A stretch of DNA of 64,000 nucleotides from Lytechinus pictus (Eukaryota). Under the pieces are notes generated by a model. The model saw only the letters and a program-made list of their open reading frames with translations, was not told the origin of the DNA and ran no database searches. Made by a program: the position numbers and the translations under genes. The stretch is from the NCBI RefSeq assembly GCF_037042905.1, contig NC_087254.1, positions 9,424,001 to 9,488,000 on the forward strand. Direction: 5' to 3'. Position 1 is the first letter of the stretch. Every line of letters starts with the position of its first letter. Shown piece after piece: positions 1-49,803 of the stretch.

Positions 1-25086
<25,086 letters not shown>

Positions 25087-25365
25087 TTCGCAGTCAAAAT
25101 ATGAGAATGCGCTAAGATTCAACGCTTTAACTTGAATATATTCTTTCGTTGAATCCTGTGGTTGAAACGATGAAGCTATGTTAAAAGAAAGGAGCACAGT
25201 CTGTAAAATCACATGACCAGTTTCAGCTGCTACGATAGAGTATATTGTTGTGTGGTGTGTGTGTGCTGATTCTACTGCTAGTACTTTGACTGCCCAAACT
25301 GCACTTACAAGATTGGAATTGGAAAGGTCTTTAATTCCTTAGAATAATTTATCTCGTCACTCAAA
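25087..25365. promoter_or_regulatory. Putative bidirectional promoter between ECD and LAMTOR2
   Basis: Divergent ATGs at 25086 (-) and 25366 (+) are separated by only 279 bp. Confidence 0.7.
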
Positions 25366-28300
25366 ATGCTTAAACCCAAGGCCCTCACACAAGTCCTAAG
25401 CCAGGCAAATACTGGAGGAGTTCAGAGTTCGCTGTAAGTATATATTTCATAATTTTTTTCATTTGATCATGTTTGCTGGTTTTATACAAAATCAGTCACA
25501 ATCACAGTCACACTCACACACATCATCATTGATAAACCTTGTTCAATAATAGTAGTGGTGGCATCGTCAATATTGAAATCTAACTACGGTACTAGTAGTA
25601 ATACCTACACTGAAAATCATTTGTCTTTGAAATTGACATGATACACCTTCGCAAGTCTTTTGTTTTGTAGTGGTCTCGACTCGTCTTATTTTGAAAATGT
25701 ATTTACTCATGTCTATTTTTTTTTTAAGTCAGGGACAGTGAAGAAGAGGCAAGAGAGGTATGTTTTATAATGAAGTGAAATTCATGATCAAGCATGAACA
25801 GTACGATGTTGGTCCCCAAGTCTGCGCACCTAACGATTTGAGTAAAGAATTAACATGAATTTCTTTTTATTTTAGTTTACAAAATCTTTCAGTTGATATA
25901 ATGTTCCTTGTCATCATTATGAGTTAGTGTGCCAAATATCTCATAAAAATTGAAAGAAATATATGATTTTTCTTGGAAAAAAGTTCGGGCAGTCATTTTC
26001 AGATTGAACAAAAAAATGATGCCCCATGTCTGCGCATCCATTCACTTTGCACCCGATTCAGGGACTTTGATGAGAAAGGCTGCATTTTGAGACCGTCACA
26101 TGAAATGCCCAAAATTCATTATTTTTTCCAACATTTTGAGTCAGATATTTAAATGAATATCTTTCTATGTATTGCATGTGTATAGTTTGTGTTCATTGCG
26201 TATCTTCTTTTACTAAAATTGCTCAGATATGCGTATGACAATGGGGACTGCGCAGACATGGGGGAACTTGCCATGTAACAATAACATTGCATTTGTCCCA
26301 ATATCAATGATAGGCTGGTATTCAGATAGACCCATATGTAGTAGATTTAATGATTTAGCCTACATTTAATTGCAAATTTGCAACTTAACTGTTATAATTG
26401 ATTGTTACATACGTGTATGTAAGGAATGCCCAATGATTCATCATAAACCCTTATTGCATATTTTGAAATCATCCAAAATGTGAATGACTATGATTCTTAT
26501 GAATCATGTGAGAAAAGCGGGACAGTTAACGAAAGCAATGACTACGATCAGCTACCGTATTTTGACAATAGTTATTTTTTGAGAAAATAAAACGTGAAAT
26601 TCTCTTTGTAAGAATGTTGCATCAATAACAGTGTATTTTGATAAATAATCCGATAGACATGAGGAATAACCGTCGTTTCTGGGGATTTATTTAACAATTA
26701 AACTATTGCTGCACTTGTTTAGGGGGTCAATTCAGGAAATACTAGTCAAGGGTATCGTTTTTTTTCCAATACTTGTTAAGGGTAGGATTTCACCAGACAG
26801 GAATAACCGTCGTTTCTGGGGATTTATATTACAATTTCTGACATTTTACTATCATCCCCATGTACTGGTGAGTGGAGCCAACGCAGTTCAGCGGAGCAAC
26901 CAAATATAGAGACCGAAGCTTTTGGTCTTGGGGTTCACATGCCAATATTTGTTAAGGGGTGTATTTTCAGAATATGGAAAATACTTATTTAGGGTGCTTT
27001 TTTAAACACCATGGTTGCGCCTGGTATCCACTCGTCAATGGAATTGCCCCCCTCCCCCCCCCCCCCCCCCCCCGCGTAAGACTGCAAGAATCTCTACAGA
27101 TGAATGAGATTATAAATTTTCCCTCTTTTTTCTCCAGATTGCTCAACAATGAGGGCTCCCTTCTAGCCTATTCTGGTTACGGAGACAAAGATGCTCGGGT
27201 GACGGCAGCCATTGCTAGCAATATTTGGGCAGCGTATGAGAAGAATGGCAAGGTGGCTTTTACAGAGGATGACCTCAAACTAGTGCTCATGGACTGTGAG
27301 GTAAGTTGATTCTTTCGAAAGGGTCTGGATAATTTGTAAATAGTTCAGATAATGATAATAATATGCAAAATTTATAAAGCGCTTTATACGAAAGTTTCAA
27401 AGCACTAAGAAAGAAGGGGGAAAAAGAATACAAGATATCTCAGTTAAAGAACAACAAAGAACAATGATGGAACAGATGGTAATTTGTTTTCTTTAAAAAT
27501 GGGTTAAAGGTCTAATATCTTGCCTCAGACAGCTGTCAAATTTAGAAACGATCCCGGTTCCACTGCCATTACAATGTGTAGACCACACCATGCTTGTACA
27601 TACAAGCACATGAAAAGGATTATTTCTCTCTGCTGCTGATCTAAATGGATTAGGTGAAAATGGTATCAAAAATTGATGAATTCAGGAGAAGAAAATGGGT
27701 ACACTTCTCCCCCTATAATTAGAATCAAATATTTGAGTAACCAAAAAAAAATTAGATTTAGATTAATTTATTAGTCCATATTAAAAACAGAAATTTGTCC
27801 TCCACTGGCAGTACATAAATACAGAATAGAAAGTATATAAGGGTGGGGAAATCATGACAAAATTCCTATGTTGGGTACTCCTAGATCCGAGGATAATCAC
27901 TTGCTTTAGTGCTTCGGGACCATTTTAAAAGTTAATGTGAGAGTATGGTTTCAGTTTCATAATGAAAGTGCCCCCTTCCCCTCTCCCAGAAAATAACGTT
28001 CAGCCAATTTTCTATAAATGAATATGATCTCAAAGTAAGAGACATTTTTCAGAAAAAGACCTATGAATGGTTTGATCTAATATATTTATCACTTCCTCTC
28101 TTCTTTTTAGGGGTATTTATTAGGAATCACTTTCTAATTTAGCAAGTTAAAAAAAAAGAATTTTATTCAATTTTGATTTTTTTTTTGGAATTAGATATAA
28201 TTTAGACAAATAACCAGAATTGAATCTGTGAGGAAATTATTGTATATGTATCTATTTCTGTTATATTTTCTCTCAGAATGGACGAGTTGCCATCGCTAAG

Positions 28301-29087
28301 GTTGCCAATTTGCTCCTATGCATCCATGCAGAATCATCGGTAGGCTTTGGAATGTTAAAGAAAAAGGTAAGGAATTTATTATTTTTATTCAATTCATGAT
28401 GTTATCATTTGACTTTATATGTTTCATGATTGTCGTTAATGAGTAGTAATGAGCAGTTGAATTAATTTCCATATAAGGTGGAAAAGGTATTTCCTGCCTA
28501 CAATATAGATTTCTTCTGAATGAATTTTCAAAATGGAAAAAAAAAAATGGAAAAATCATGCATTTGAGTGTTTAGTGAATAAATCAAAAGGCACTCTTCT
28601 TACAACAGATAAGTAAACTTTCTACCCCCCTGCACTTCCTTCCTTTTTATTCCATATCGTTTTTGACAAGTATCACCTTTTTACCTTCAAAGTCTTGTGT
28701 CATAAACTTGTCAAAATATCAAATGTCATGACAGATATTCTTTCAACACATTAAACGTTACCATTTTAGTAGCTTACAACAATATCTCATATGTTGCCAT
28801 TAACAATGAATACTTTGAAACGCTATATAAATTACTTCAAAATCTATACAGCCGTGTGGACAATGTATGTTAATGTGCTCAAACAAGAGACATGCATGAT
28901 GCATACTACATACAAACATTTGAAACAGAAACAAATTTAGATTTAATCATGATATTTCGGTCTAGTGCATTTCATATTATCTTATGTCTGTAATGGCTCT
29001 TCGGTTCCTTCTCAATTATTCCATTTCCAGATTTCATCATTAGCAGAATATCTTCAGGAACCATTACAGACTGTAGCGTCATCATAG
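25366..29087 (+). CDS. LAMTOR2: Ragulator complex protein LAMTOR2 (roadblock fold), 125 aa; exons 25366-25433, 27138-27300, 28277-28366, 29031-29087
   Basis: [60 protein letters not shown]...[52 protein letters not shown]; all junctions GT-AG. Confidence 0.97.
25806..26274 (-). mobile_element. ~470-bp MITE in LAMTOR2 intron 1 (inverted copy of 24337-24817)
   Basis: atgttggtccccaagtctgcgcacc ... gcgcagacatgggggaacttgccat. Confidence 0.8.
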
Positions 29088-29855
29088 CCCAAGGCTGAAC
29101 TAGTGTGTGTTTGTAGTATATATAATAATTGTAATATTATACATAGATAAAGCTAATTTTTAGTGACAGTGATAAAATGTATCTCATATAATCTCAATAT
29201 TGTCATCTTTTGTCAGGATTGCAGCCATACATGTTTTTTTATGGCTGCTATCTTGTTTGCTATATATGGAAGAAACTTCTAATATGTGGCGACACCCATG
29301 TCTTGTGATATAAGTGGGCATTGCAAGTTACTCGATTTCAAGTGTTTATTTCCAATCCGTCTAATGCCTATTCGTTCAATTGCCAACTCGTCTACTATCA
29401 TTTGGTCTACCATCAGTTCGTCCACTATCCACATGGTCTAATTGCCAATTCGTCCACTCACTTTTTCGTCTAATAACCAGTCGGTCCAATAGCCATATAG
29501 TCCATATACCATTTGGTCTAATTGGACTAAGTGTTAATTGTGCAAAATGAATGAAAATGAAATGGATATTAGACCAACTGGTTATGAGACAAAATTGTCA
29601 TAGATGAAATGGTGATTAGACAAAGTGATGATTGGACCAAATGATTATTGGACCAAGTGGTTGTTAGACAAAATGTTGATGGACAGAATGGCATTAGATT
29701 AAATGAAAGGAGACCATATGGCGATTGGACGATTTGGCAGTAGACAAATTTACCATTGCAAATGTATTTGGGTTCCCTAAATCAATTGCTTGTCTTGCAA
29801 TTATGAATTTACAATTGATTGCTGATATGATTCTTGCAATGAAGAGTGTAAACTG

Positions 29856-30112
29856 GGCCTCATCTTACAAAGAGTTACAATTGATCCAATCAATCCCAAA
29901 TCTATGGAAATCCATCGCTGTCAACAATTTTTCTCACAGAAAATTTGCACAATGTCCTTTATAAACAAAGAGAAGCACACTGAATTTTCAAGAAAACAAT
30001 GAATATATGAATGTACATCATAGTCAGAGAATATTTTGAAAAAAAAACATGCACAATAGTTGTTGATTGCTTTCCATAGTTGTGGTTGATTGGATCAATC
30101 GCAACTCTTTGC
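29856..30112. mobile_element. Harbinger-type MITE (ggcc..tcttacaaagag family); other copies at 46736-46940 and 48289-48558
   Basis: ctg|ggcctcatcttacaaagagttacaattgatc ... gatcaatcgcaactctttg; internal sequence shared among the three copies. Confidence 0.72.
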
Positions 30113-31944
30113 TACACCAAAAGTTTATGAATCGTACATTCAAAATTGTAACAGAAATTTGCGATTGATTGCAAATATTTTCATGCTAAACCCTATGACC
30201 CAATATGTTGTGATTCCAATGTCTTGTGACTGAGTGTCTTAAATCTTAACCGAGACTTTCACAGGGTAAAATGAGGCCCATAGCAAGGTATTGCCAAACA
30301 CCCTATAGATATTGCAGCCCCATAGTAGTAGGATTTGAGTCCTTTAGTTTCAGATTTCAAGCAATTTTGTCTGAGAGGCTGTTGTCTCAACTCCTGTTAT
30401 ATGTGAAATGTTTGGAGGAAAAAAAATCAGCATTTGTTTAATATTTGATAAAACCAGGTTTTATTTCTACCAGTCTTTTGCCACGTGATCCTTTTCTATT
30501 AATACAAATGAGACCTCCACAATAACATAATTTCAAGTGATTTCTAGTTTAATTCACATACGACTTGGCCGTGTAGTACTCCTGATGAAGAGTTATTCGA
30601 CAGTTACACCGAGTCCGATGAAACCTACTCCAGGCCGGCCATATCTATTAATTATGTCCTATCCAATGACAGATCATTTGGGTTGGAACAGGTTTTCTGT
30701 GTGTGACTGACTCTAGCATTGCGCGGAGAAAGAGATAACTCAAAATTGAGATTGATTTATTGCATTGAATTTTTATGTATTTATGCTTGTTCTCCTGCTA
30801 TCCATGTACCGGTAGTACTATCAGTTTGATCTATACTGTATCGATGTGTAACACTATTTTCTGGTTCCAGGGGCAGATCCAGTATCTCCTGAAAGGTTTT
30901 TTTTTTGTTCAGAAATCCTGACGAGCCAAGAAAAGGTCTTCATTCCCGATTGAAGGAGATTTATGTCATGAAAAATTTGACAAGCCAAAAAATAAAAATG
31001 GAATAAAATTATAAAAATACAAATGGGGGCAGGGGAGGGGGGGGGGTTGCATGGGTCAGATGTGCCCCCCTGGATACGCCATTGCATTGTTCTAATTTCA
31101 TAGTGTATCTGGTTCAAGTTCTGTTAATGTTTATATCATATCTGCTAAAAACTACATAAAAAAGGTTCAAATCCAGAAGTTAAATTGTTCAAAATATTGA
31201 AATCATTGCTTTGGATTGGACAGTGTGACTTATCTTCTTTAAAAAAAAAAACATTTATTCATGTATACAAATTTTGTAGAGTTGGGTGGTTTGGCTGACG
31301 ACTTTTTGGTCTGTTGCAAATTTAGTGTACCAAACTACTGTCACAGTTCGGAAAGTGTCAGTTACCGGGGTCAGTTACTGTATTGTCTTGTATTAATTGC
31401 TTATCATGGCAATGAGTTGTAAAAATTTTGTGGAGGGAACTACTTTCTCATTATTTCTCCACCTACTAAAATGTCTATGGACCTTATTATACCAATGACA
31501 AAGTTATATTAGTTCTATGCTTTCTTTCTATATTGAATTTCCATTATAACTGAATGTGCTTGGTCTTTTTAATATATCATGTCAATTTTTTTCACTACAT
31601 TGTATATTATACATATACTTTTTTTTCAAAATATTTGGATGAAAGTGTTCAGAAATGCGCAGGATAAAATTTGCATTAAATGCATAGATAATTGATATAT
31701 GCATTTTCTAATGAGTATTGTGCTTAGGAATGAACATCCATGATGATATGAATAAAAGTACAAATATTATTTACAATTTCTGTCTGCACGTCTTGTTTGT
31801 TAATTTAATTGAAGTGGCATGATGTTCTGTGGATGACGTCATACTACTGAGTAGTACTGACTAATCAAGAGTAGTATTAAGATCATGCACAAAGATGAAC
31901 AGTGTCTAAATTGTTTAACCTTTCACATCTTTTGTGAAATAAGG

Positions 31945-32650
31945 AGAGAGATAGAGGGGGGGGGGGGGGTGGAGAGGGGAGAAAGGGAGTGAGTGTGTGA
32001 GAGAGAGGATTGATGAAGATGAAGAAGGAAGGGGGAGAAGAAGAAGGAAGGGGGAGAAGAGAAAGGAGGGGGAGGGGGAGAAGGAGGAAGAGAAGAAGAA
32101 GAAAGGAGGAGAAGAGGACAAAAACTATCACAACTTTTTCCAATTAAGGAGAAGCAAATGAGAAAGGGGAGTATAGGAGAGGGTGGGTGTGCGTGAGAGA
32201 CATGGGTGGAAATTCCAGGGGGGACTTTTTTTGTCTTTTATGATGGTAAAAAATACATCATTCAACATCAAAACATGTATTTTAGGACGAGATGACCTTA
32301 CTTTTGGGATGCTAACCTCTTTTTTTTTGTGCTTGTCAAATTTTCCAGCCCCTTGTCCCCCCCTACCTTTTGGGAGAGATTTCTGCCCCTGATGCGGGCC
32401 CTGGTGAGAGAGAATGATTTGAAGAAGAAGAATAGAAAAGGGTGGAGAGCCTGGGAAGAGGAAGGAGAAGAAGTGTAAAAAAGGAATGAAAAGAGGAAGA
32501 AGAAAAAGGAGAAGAAGAATAAATAGATCAAGGAAGGGAATGAGAACGAAAGAGGAATGAGGAGGGGAAAAAAAGAGAGAATTTGGAGATGAAAAGAAAA
32601 GGAAGTAGAAGGGATGACGAAAGTAGGTATAGGGAGAGGGGTTTCCCAAT
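31945..32650. repeat. Purine-rich (GA/GAA) low-complexity region
   Basis: Directly visible; explains the F/L/S/P-rich minus-strand ORFs. Confidence 0.85.
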
Positions 32651-33639
32651 GCCTACATACAAAGGATTTCTATGAAAGAGAATCGACAATGTGATGAAGG
32701 TCATTGAACACAATGTTAAAACTTCTTGATGGAAAATGGCCCACTGGGAGACACAACGATTTACACACTGTTAGAATATATATTTTCCATTAATGTTAGC
32801 AGTAAATGCTTCTACCATGGAGCTATTAATAGCTCTATGCTTCTACAATGCACAAAATGATATACATGTATAAACGGAAAGAGCTATTTTGTTATTTATA
32901 TTTAATTGTAAGTAGGTGTTTCTGCATTTATTGATGAATAATAAATACAAGTTCACAATAATGTTAAAAAACGAAATACAAATCATCGAACAAATTACAA
33001 ACGTGACATTTACATTACACAAACAATAGACTATTCATACGAAGAGCACAATAATTGAACGTAGTTGCAAAATAGCTGAGTAATTAATCTCAGCGTAATC
33101 ATGTATTCTTTTGGAGAATAGTCATGTATTTCGCAGCAGGGGCGCGACATATAGAATCATTGAGGAGAATAATATAACAAAAAGTTCAGGAGAGTGACAG
33201 AAATTAAACACGCAAAACTACCAGGGAAAATATAATCAATAATAATGTTCCCATATAATTATGTCACGGTGTTATAGGATGTAGTGATTTTAATTAGATA
33301 CAGGGAGCTAGAATGCCCCCCCCAAAAAAAAAAAAAAAGAGGATAATTTTGTCTTCAATTTGATATGCTTATTACCACTCCAGCGACTTTTAGCAAATAA
33401 TGGACTTTGTTTTATGCGGATTAAGATCAATATCAAAGTCGACAGGTGACTAATCAGGGTCGAAAATACAGCAAAGTAAATACCAGTATGTTTGCTTTGA
33501 ACATCTGTTTAATAATCAATAACTATAATGATTCGGCCTGTCAGGCAGACTTGGAGTACAAATCAACTTTAATACAAAACACTCATAAGCAGGGACGACG
33601 CCACGGGAGGGGGGGGGGGTCGCCCTTTATGTTTCAAGA

Positions 33640-33825
33640 AGAGGTGTTGTGGCTTATGCAGTGTACGCCTCTGGACTTTGAAGGTCCCGGAATCGAATCC
33701 CACTGCAGCACTCACGTCCTCTGGCAGGGCGTTTATCTACATTTGCCCCACTCTATATATATACCCAGGTGTATAGTAAATGGGTACCCGACAGGATGGA
33801 ATTCATTGAATGCTCGAGCATCTGA
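33640..33825 (+). mobile_element. Degenerate tRNA-derived SINE
   Basis: ctctggactttgaaggtcccggaatcgaatccc head and acccaggtgtatagtaaatgggtacc core, related to the split SINE. Confidence 0.65.
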
Positions 33826-35085
33826 TGCTTGTTTAATTCTTCTCTTTTTATTGAAATCAATTTTTTGTATGACCATTGATCGATAAATTCTGAAACTTGC
33901 AAAATTTTAAGGAAAGTTGTTAGATCCGACAGGCCTTGTTGATCGAAAAATGTAGATGAACCCCCACGAGGCAAGGGAGGGAGGGGGCAGAGTGAGAGAG
34001 GGAGTGCATTGGGAGAATGATAGGTTTGAGCGAAGAAGTGGTCGAAATAGAATTTGAGGAAGACGATAAGAGGGACGAAGGTTGATGGTTTTTAACTGAT
34101 AGACAGCAAAAAAAAAAAGAACGAAGGAGAGAAGTAGAGAAGGTGGGGTACGAGGGAGAGGGTGAAGACAAAAAATACACGATTACAGTCAAACTTCTGG
34201 CAATAGATAGATGAAGATGATGATTCAATAGGTTTTGGTGTAAATCCATCTCTCTACCCATGCAGGTAAGCTTATATATTTCGAAACATCACATTCAGGG
34301 AGGGGGGGGGCGGGGAGGGGTACGTGTCTCACCTTATCACCCATAGAAATTGGTAAGTCGTATAATAATTTTGCCAAAAGATTTCCATGGCAATCCCCCG
34401 GGCAATCCATTCGGACGGAACTCAAACCCCCTCAAACCACCAAAAAGACTATACAGTATAATTCTCTTTGTCTACTTCATTGAAAAAAAAAACCAGACTA
34501 TAGCGAACTCCAACTTCCAAGGTGGAGAACTTTAATCGTGCTGCCCATCACACACGTGAGAACGCGAGGAGTACAGTTCACCTGCCGTGCTTTGTCATGG
34601 GATTTGAAGTATTTGTGCCAATGTGTACATTGCCCTTTCTTCCCGAGCAAATACCACCATTGCTCATTCGACCCTCGGTCCACCAAAGGGAGCATACGAA
34701 ATGAAAGAAGCAGAGAAAAAGAGAGGAAGAGTTTATTGAGCGAGCACTCTAGAAACTGAAAGTCATCACCACCACCACCAGACTCTTGAAATTGATTTTT
34801 TTTTGGTAACAAATCTTTTGAATTGTGCTCTTTGGTCATTGCATGCATTGAGTGAAGTACTAGTACCGAATCATCCCCGTATGCGGACTCCTATTCGATT
34901 TAAAATTTGGAACACTGAATATTTATCAGATGAGCCAAGTTACGGGGACTACCACTGCCTGACGCCTGACACCATTATATATATTTTTGGGAAACTTTGG
35001 AATCTCCACCATTTTCAGCAAGGCATCGTGGGGGTATAAAGTGTTCGGAAATTCTGCTACTGGATTGAGTATAGATCTAGACACA

Positions 35086-46335
<11,250 letters not shown>

Positions 46336-46622
46336 CAATGATGGCATTCAGTCAGACGATGACCCTGTACGATTCATCTGCAGCAATGAAAAGACAATCA
46401 AGAAGCTTTCAATCCAAGAGTTTTTCCACAGATTAATGTTTCATTTCTTAACTGTTGCCAATCAGAGGATTTTTGAAAGGATCTTATAAGGGAGCTTTTG
46501 CTCCAACGCCCCACGACGGATTCAAGAACATAGAAAATGTATCGTCAAATGCCCTTCGTTACAATGAACAACCAAGAAGTCTTTATCGAAAATAGGTGAA
46601 TCAAAACAGCAGTTTTGTTCTG

Positions 46623-46940
46623 CGTCTCGTAACACAAAGTTTAGCGATTAATCGTACGCTTGATATAGTCAATGCAATCAATCGTAAAAGAATGTTCGAC
46701 GGTGATTGGTAAGCTTTGTGATATACGGGCCCCTGGGCCCCGTCTTACAAAGAGTTACAACTGATCCGGTCAACCACAACTATGGAAAGCAAGCAACGTC
46801 AACATCTGAAATGCATGTTTGTTCAAAATATTTTCTAACTATGATGTACATTCATACATGCATGGTTTTCTTGAAAATTCATTGTGCTTCTTTTTGTTTA
46901 CAAAGAACATTTTTCAAATTTATCTTTGTAAGACGGGGTC
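46623..46940. mobile_element. Two abutting Harbinger-type MITEs (46623-46732 and 46736-46940) sharing one CTG
   Basis: ctg|cgtctcgtaacacaaag...ctttgtgatatacgggccc|ctg|ggccccgtcttacaaaga...tctttgtaagacggggtc|ctt. Confidence 0.78.
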
Positions 46941-48679
46941 CTTGAGACTGGACAAACAACATAATTTGCAATATTTCGTCAGCTCCGAACAAAACTTATT
47001 ATCTTATGTTGCTTTCACAAAGAGGCTCAAGAAATGTCATGGCAGGGGCAGGAGTCTTCAAGTTTACTATTTAAAAAAAAAACCTTGCATTTCCAGCCAT
47101 TCCTCATATCTATTCTCCTACCATCCGGATTCAACTCCTATTTTCACCCGGATCCGGATATATTTGGATAATGGACATACTGTATAAATTCGCAGCGCGC
47201 GGTTATATAGCTATCATACTCTTCACATGATTTTTAGCTTGAAATAAAAGTACTTTAAATGTATTTTATTGCAAGCTTCTATAAACACCGATATATACTG
47301 TATATTTGAATTGCATTCGCATTGTATCATGGCCGACGTGCTTTAAAGTTTTTTTTGGGGGGATGCCAATCCTTGCAATCATTGGAACTTGGCATGACAT
47401 ACCGTAGATGTCGCTCTTTTGAAATATGCTTCGAACAGAATGGGCAATTTAGAATATTAGGTACATTATGATGAGGCTAGCCTATTGTTCTAAGCAGACG
47501 GGAATCAGATACAAAACTTGGATACACGCCGTACGCAGGGGGCGCGGAACGACATTCAAAGTGTCCATTTTTTTCCATTTTCTACATTGGAAAAGCACCC
47601 TTCCGAGATTCACGGCTATTGTCATGGACAGAACTCAGAGGTTAGACTTTCTGTTTCTGTTTGTTTCTGTTTATGGTAACTCCCGTGGGAACTCGACAGG
47701 AGTAAACGCCAAGCTGGTGCTATAACCAAAACATTTTACGTCTAGGTTAATCAGTCATAGTGGCTGACGTTATGAAAGGACAGATATTACTCCCGGGTCT
47801 TTTCATTAAAGTGGAGACAACGGCAGTGGGGATTCGAACTCAAAACCTTGCGATTATGAGTCCAAATGCTCTAACCACTGGACCACATGGCCCGACTTCT
47901 TGTGCCAGGAATGGAATGTTGTCAAGCCAAAAACTCAGATAAAACGACCGTTCACTTTATATATACTGTATACATTAAAAAATTAATTAAAAGGAACAAA
48001 TATTTTGGGAAAATGCGTCTGACCGATACAAATTGGCAATATTAATCAAATTCTGGTATAATAATAAAAAAATGTTGATATTGATTGTTTTGTCGGTCGG
48101 ATATAATATACATTTTTTCACCACGTTTGTTACGTTGGTTATTCGGGCCAATCTTTTTTCAGGGGTAGAATGGGGTTGGGGCCCACTGGTCATGCTGGCA
48201 GAGCAGTTTTAGAACCGAAATTGCTTCGCAAGATGAATAAAGGATCTGTCTCAGCTTGCTCAAAGTGATACTTGCCATGCCTAGAACGGGATCCCATCTT
48301 ACAAAGAGATATGATTGATCCGATCAACCTCAACTATTATGGAAATCCATCATTGTCATAATTTTGCAACATAAAATTTGCACAATGTAATTTGTAAACA
48401 AACACTGAATTGTCAAAACAAAATCACTGAATGTATGAACATTACATCATATCTAGAAAATATTTGGAACAGACATGCATTTAAGTTGTTGGTGTTGCTG
48501 GCTTTCCATAATTTGGATATTCTGGTCAATCGAAACTCTTCGTAACCGAGACGGGGTACAGATCGCAATTTGAAATGCTTTTCTTCCAAAATATATAATG
48601 TGAAACCATGATAAATCACATTTTTCAATGTTTTTTAAAGATTGTTTTTCGCATTGTGTAAATTTTGTATCTCTGTCAA

Positions 48680-49803
48680 CAGTGGCGTACCGTGAGTCAC
48701 GGCATTGGGGGGGGCACCAGCAAAATTTTTGAGTCACTTAGTGAGCGCGCAAAGCGCGCTCAGTTGCCAGGTATACTGACCTAATAGGGACATTTTAAGG
48801 ACAGTGCCATTAAACGGATATGTATCTCACTGCTCAAATAATGCGAGCGCGAAGCGCGAGCTGAACATTTTTTATATGCAGACCAAAAAAGGACATTATA
48901 TGCAAATTTTTGTAATCATGATACATACCTGTCTCGCTCAACAAACAATGCAAGCGCGAAGCGCGAGCTGAATTTTTTTTTTAATATTGACCCCCAAACA
49001 AGGACATGTTAAGGACTATATTTTAGGAATCCATTAAGAGTATACATATCTCACCATAGTCATCTAATGCGAGTGCAAAGCGCTTGCTGATTTTGCTACA
49101 TCTAAACACATGAAGCACTTTTTGTAGTCATTGTAATCATGATAATACGCATCTCACTCATGAAATATTGCGAGCGCGAAGCGCGAGTTGAAAATTTAGG
49201 ATATTCAGACCTGAAGAGAGGCATTCTAAGGCCTGTTTGTAAGAATTCACTAAGACCATACGATACGTATTTCACTAAGCAAATGATGCGAGCTGAAAAT
49301 TTTTGATATTCAGATCAGAAAAAGGGACATTTTAAGGACCGATTTTTAGGAATTCATGAAGAGCAGACATATCTCACCAATCTACTAGTGCGAACGTAAG
49401 CACGGACAGGAAATGTTTTATATTAACCCCTTAAAATGGGGCAATCACTTTAAGTAGTCATGAAAAAGAACCATATGTCACTACATAAAACAATAATAAG
49501 TCGAAGTGCGAGGAAATATATTTGGTGTATATTGACTTAAAAACGTTAAACAGACAATGCGAGTACCGGGAACAATGAAGACATCTAGGCCTGAGCAAAA
49601 TAAAGTTATGAAAAAATGTTTCTTATGTATTATAACATAACATTATTATAAAATAACATTATAATGAACAATAATTTCTTCATTCCCACTACGTTTCTCT
49701 TCCTTTCTCCCTCTTTTTATCCTCTTCCCCGTTTTTTTTTTTTTTTTGGCCAGCCGATTGGGGGGGCACGTGCCCCCCATGCCCCCCCGTAGTTACGCCA
49801 CTG
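48680..49803. mobile_element. 1124-bp hAT-type non-autonomous element with internal ~115-bp tandem repeats
   Basis: 8-bp TSD tctgtcaa at 48672-48679 and 49804-49811; TIR cagtggcgta; repeated gcgagcgcgaagcgcgagctgaa motif. Confidence 0.9.

Noticed and set aside
31883-32713. F/L/S/P-rich minus-strand ORFs (also 50549-50936)
   Set aside because: Low-complexity purine tracts, not genes.
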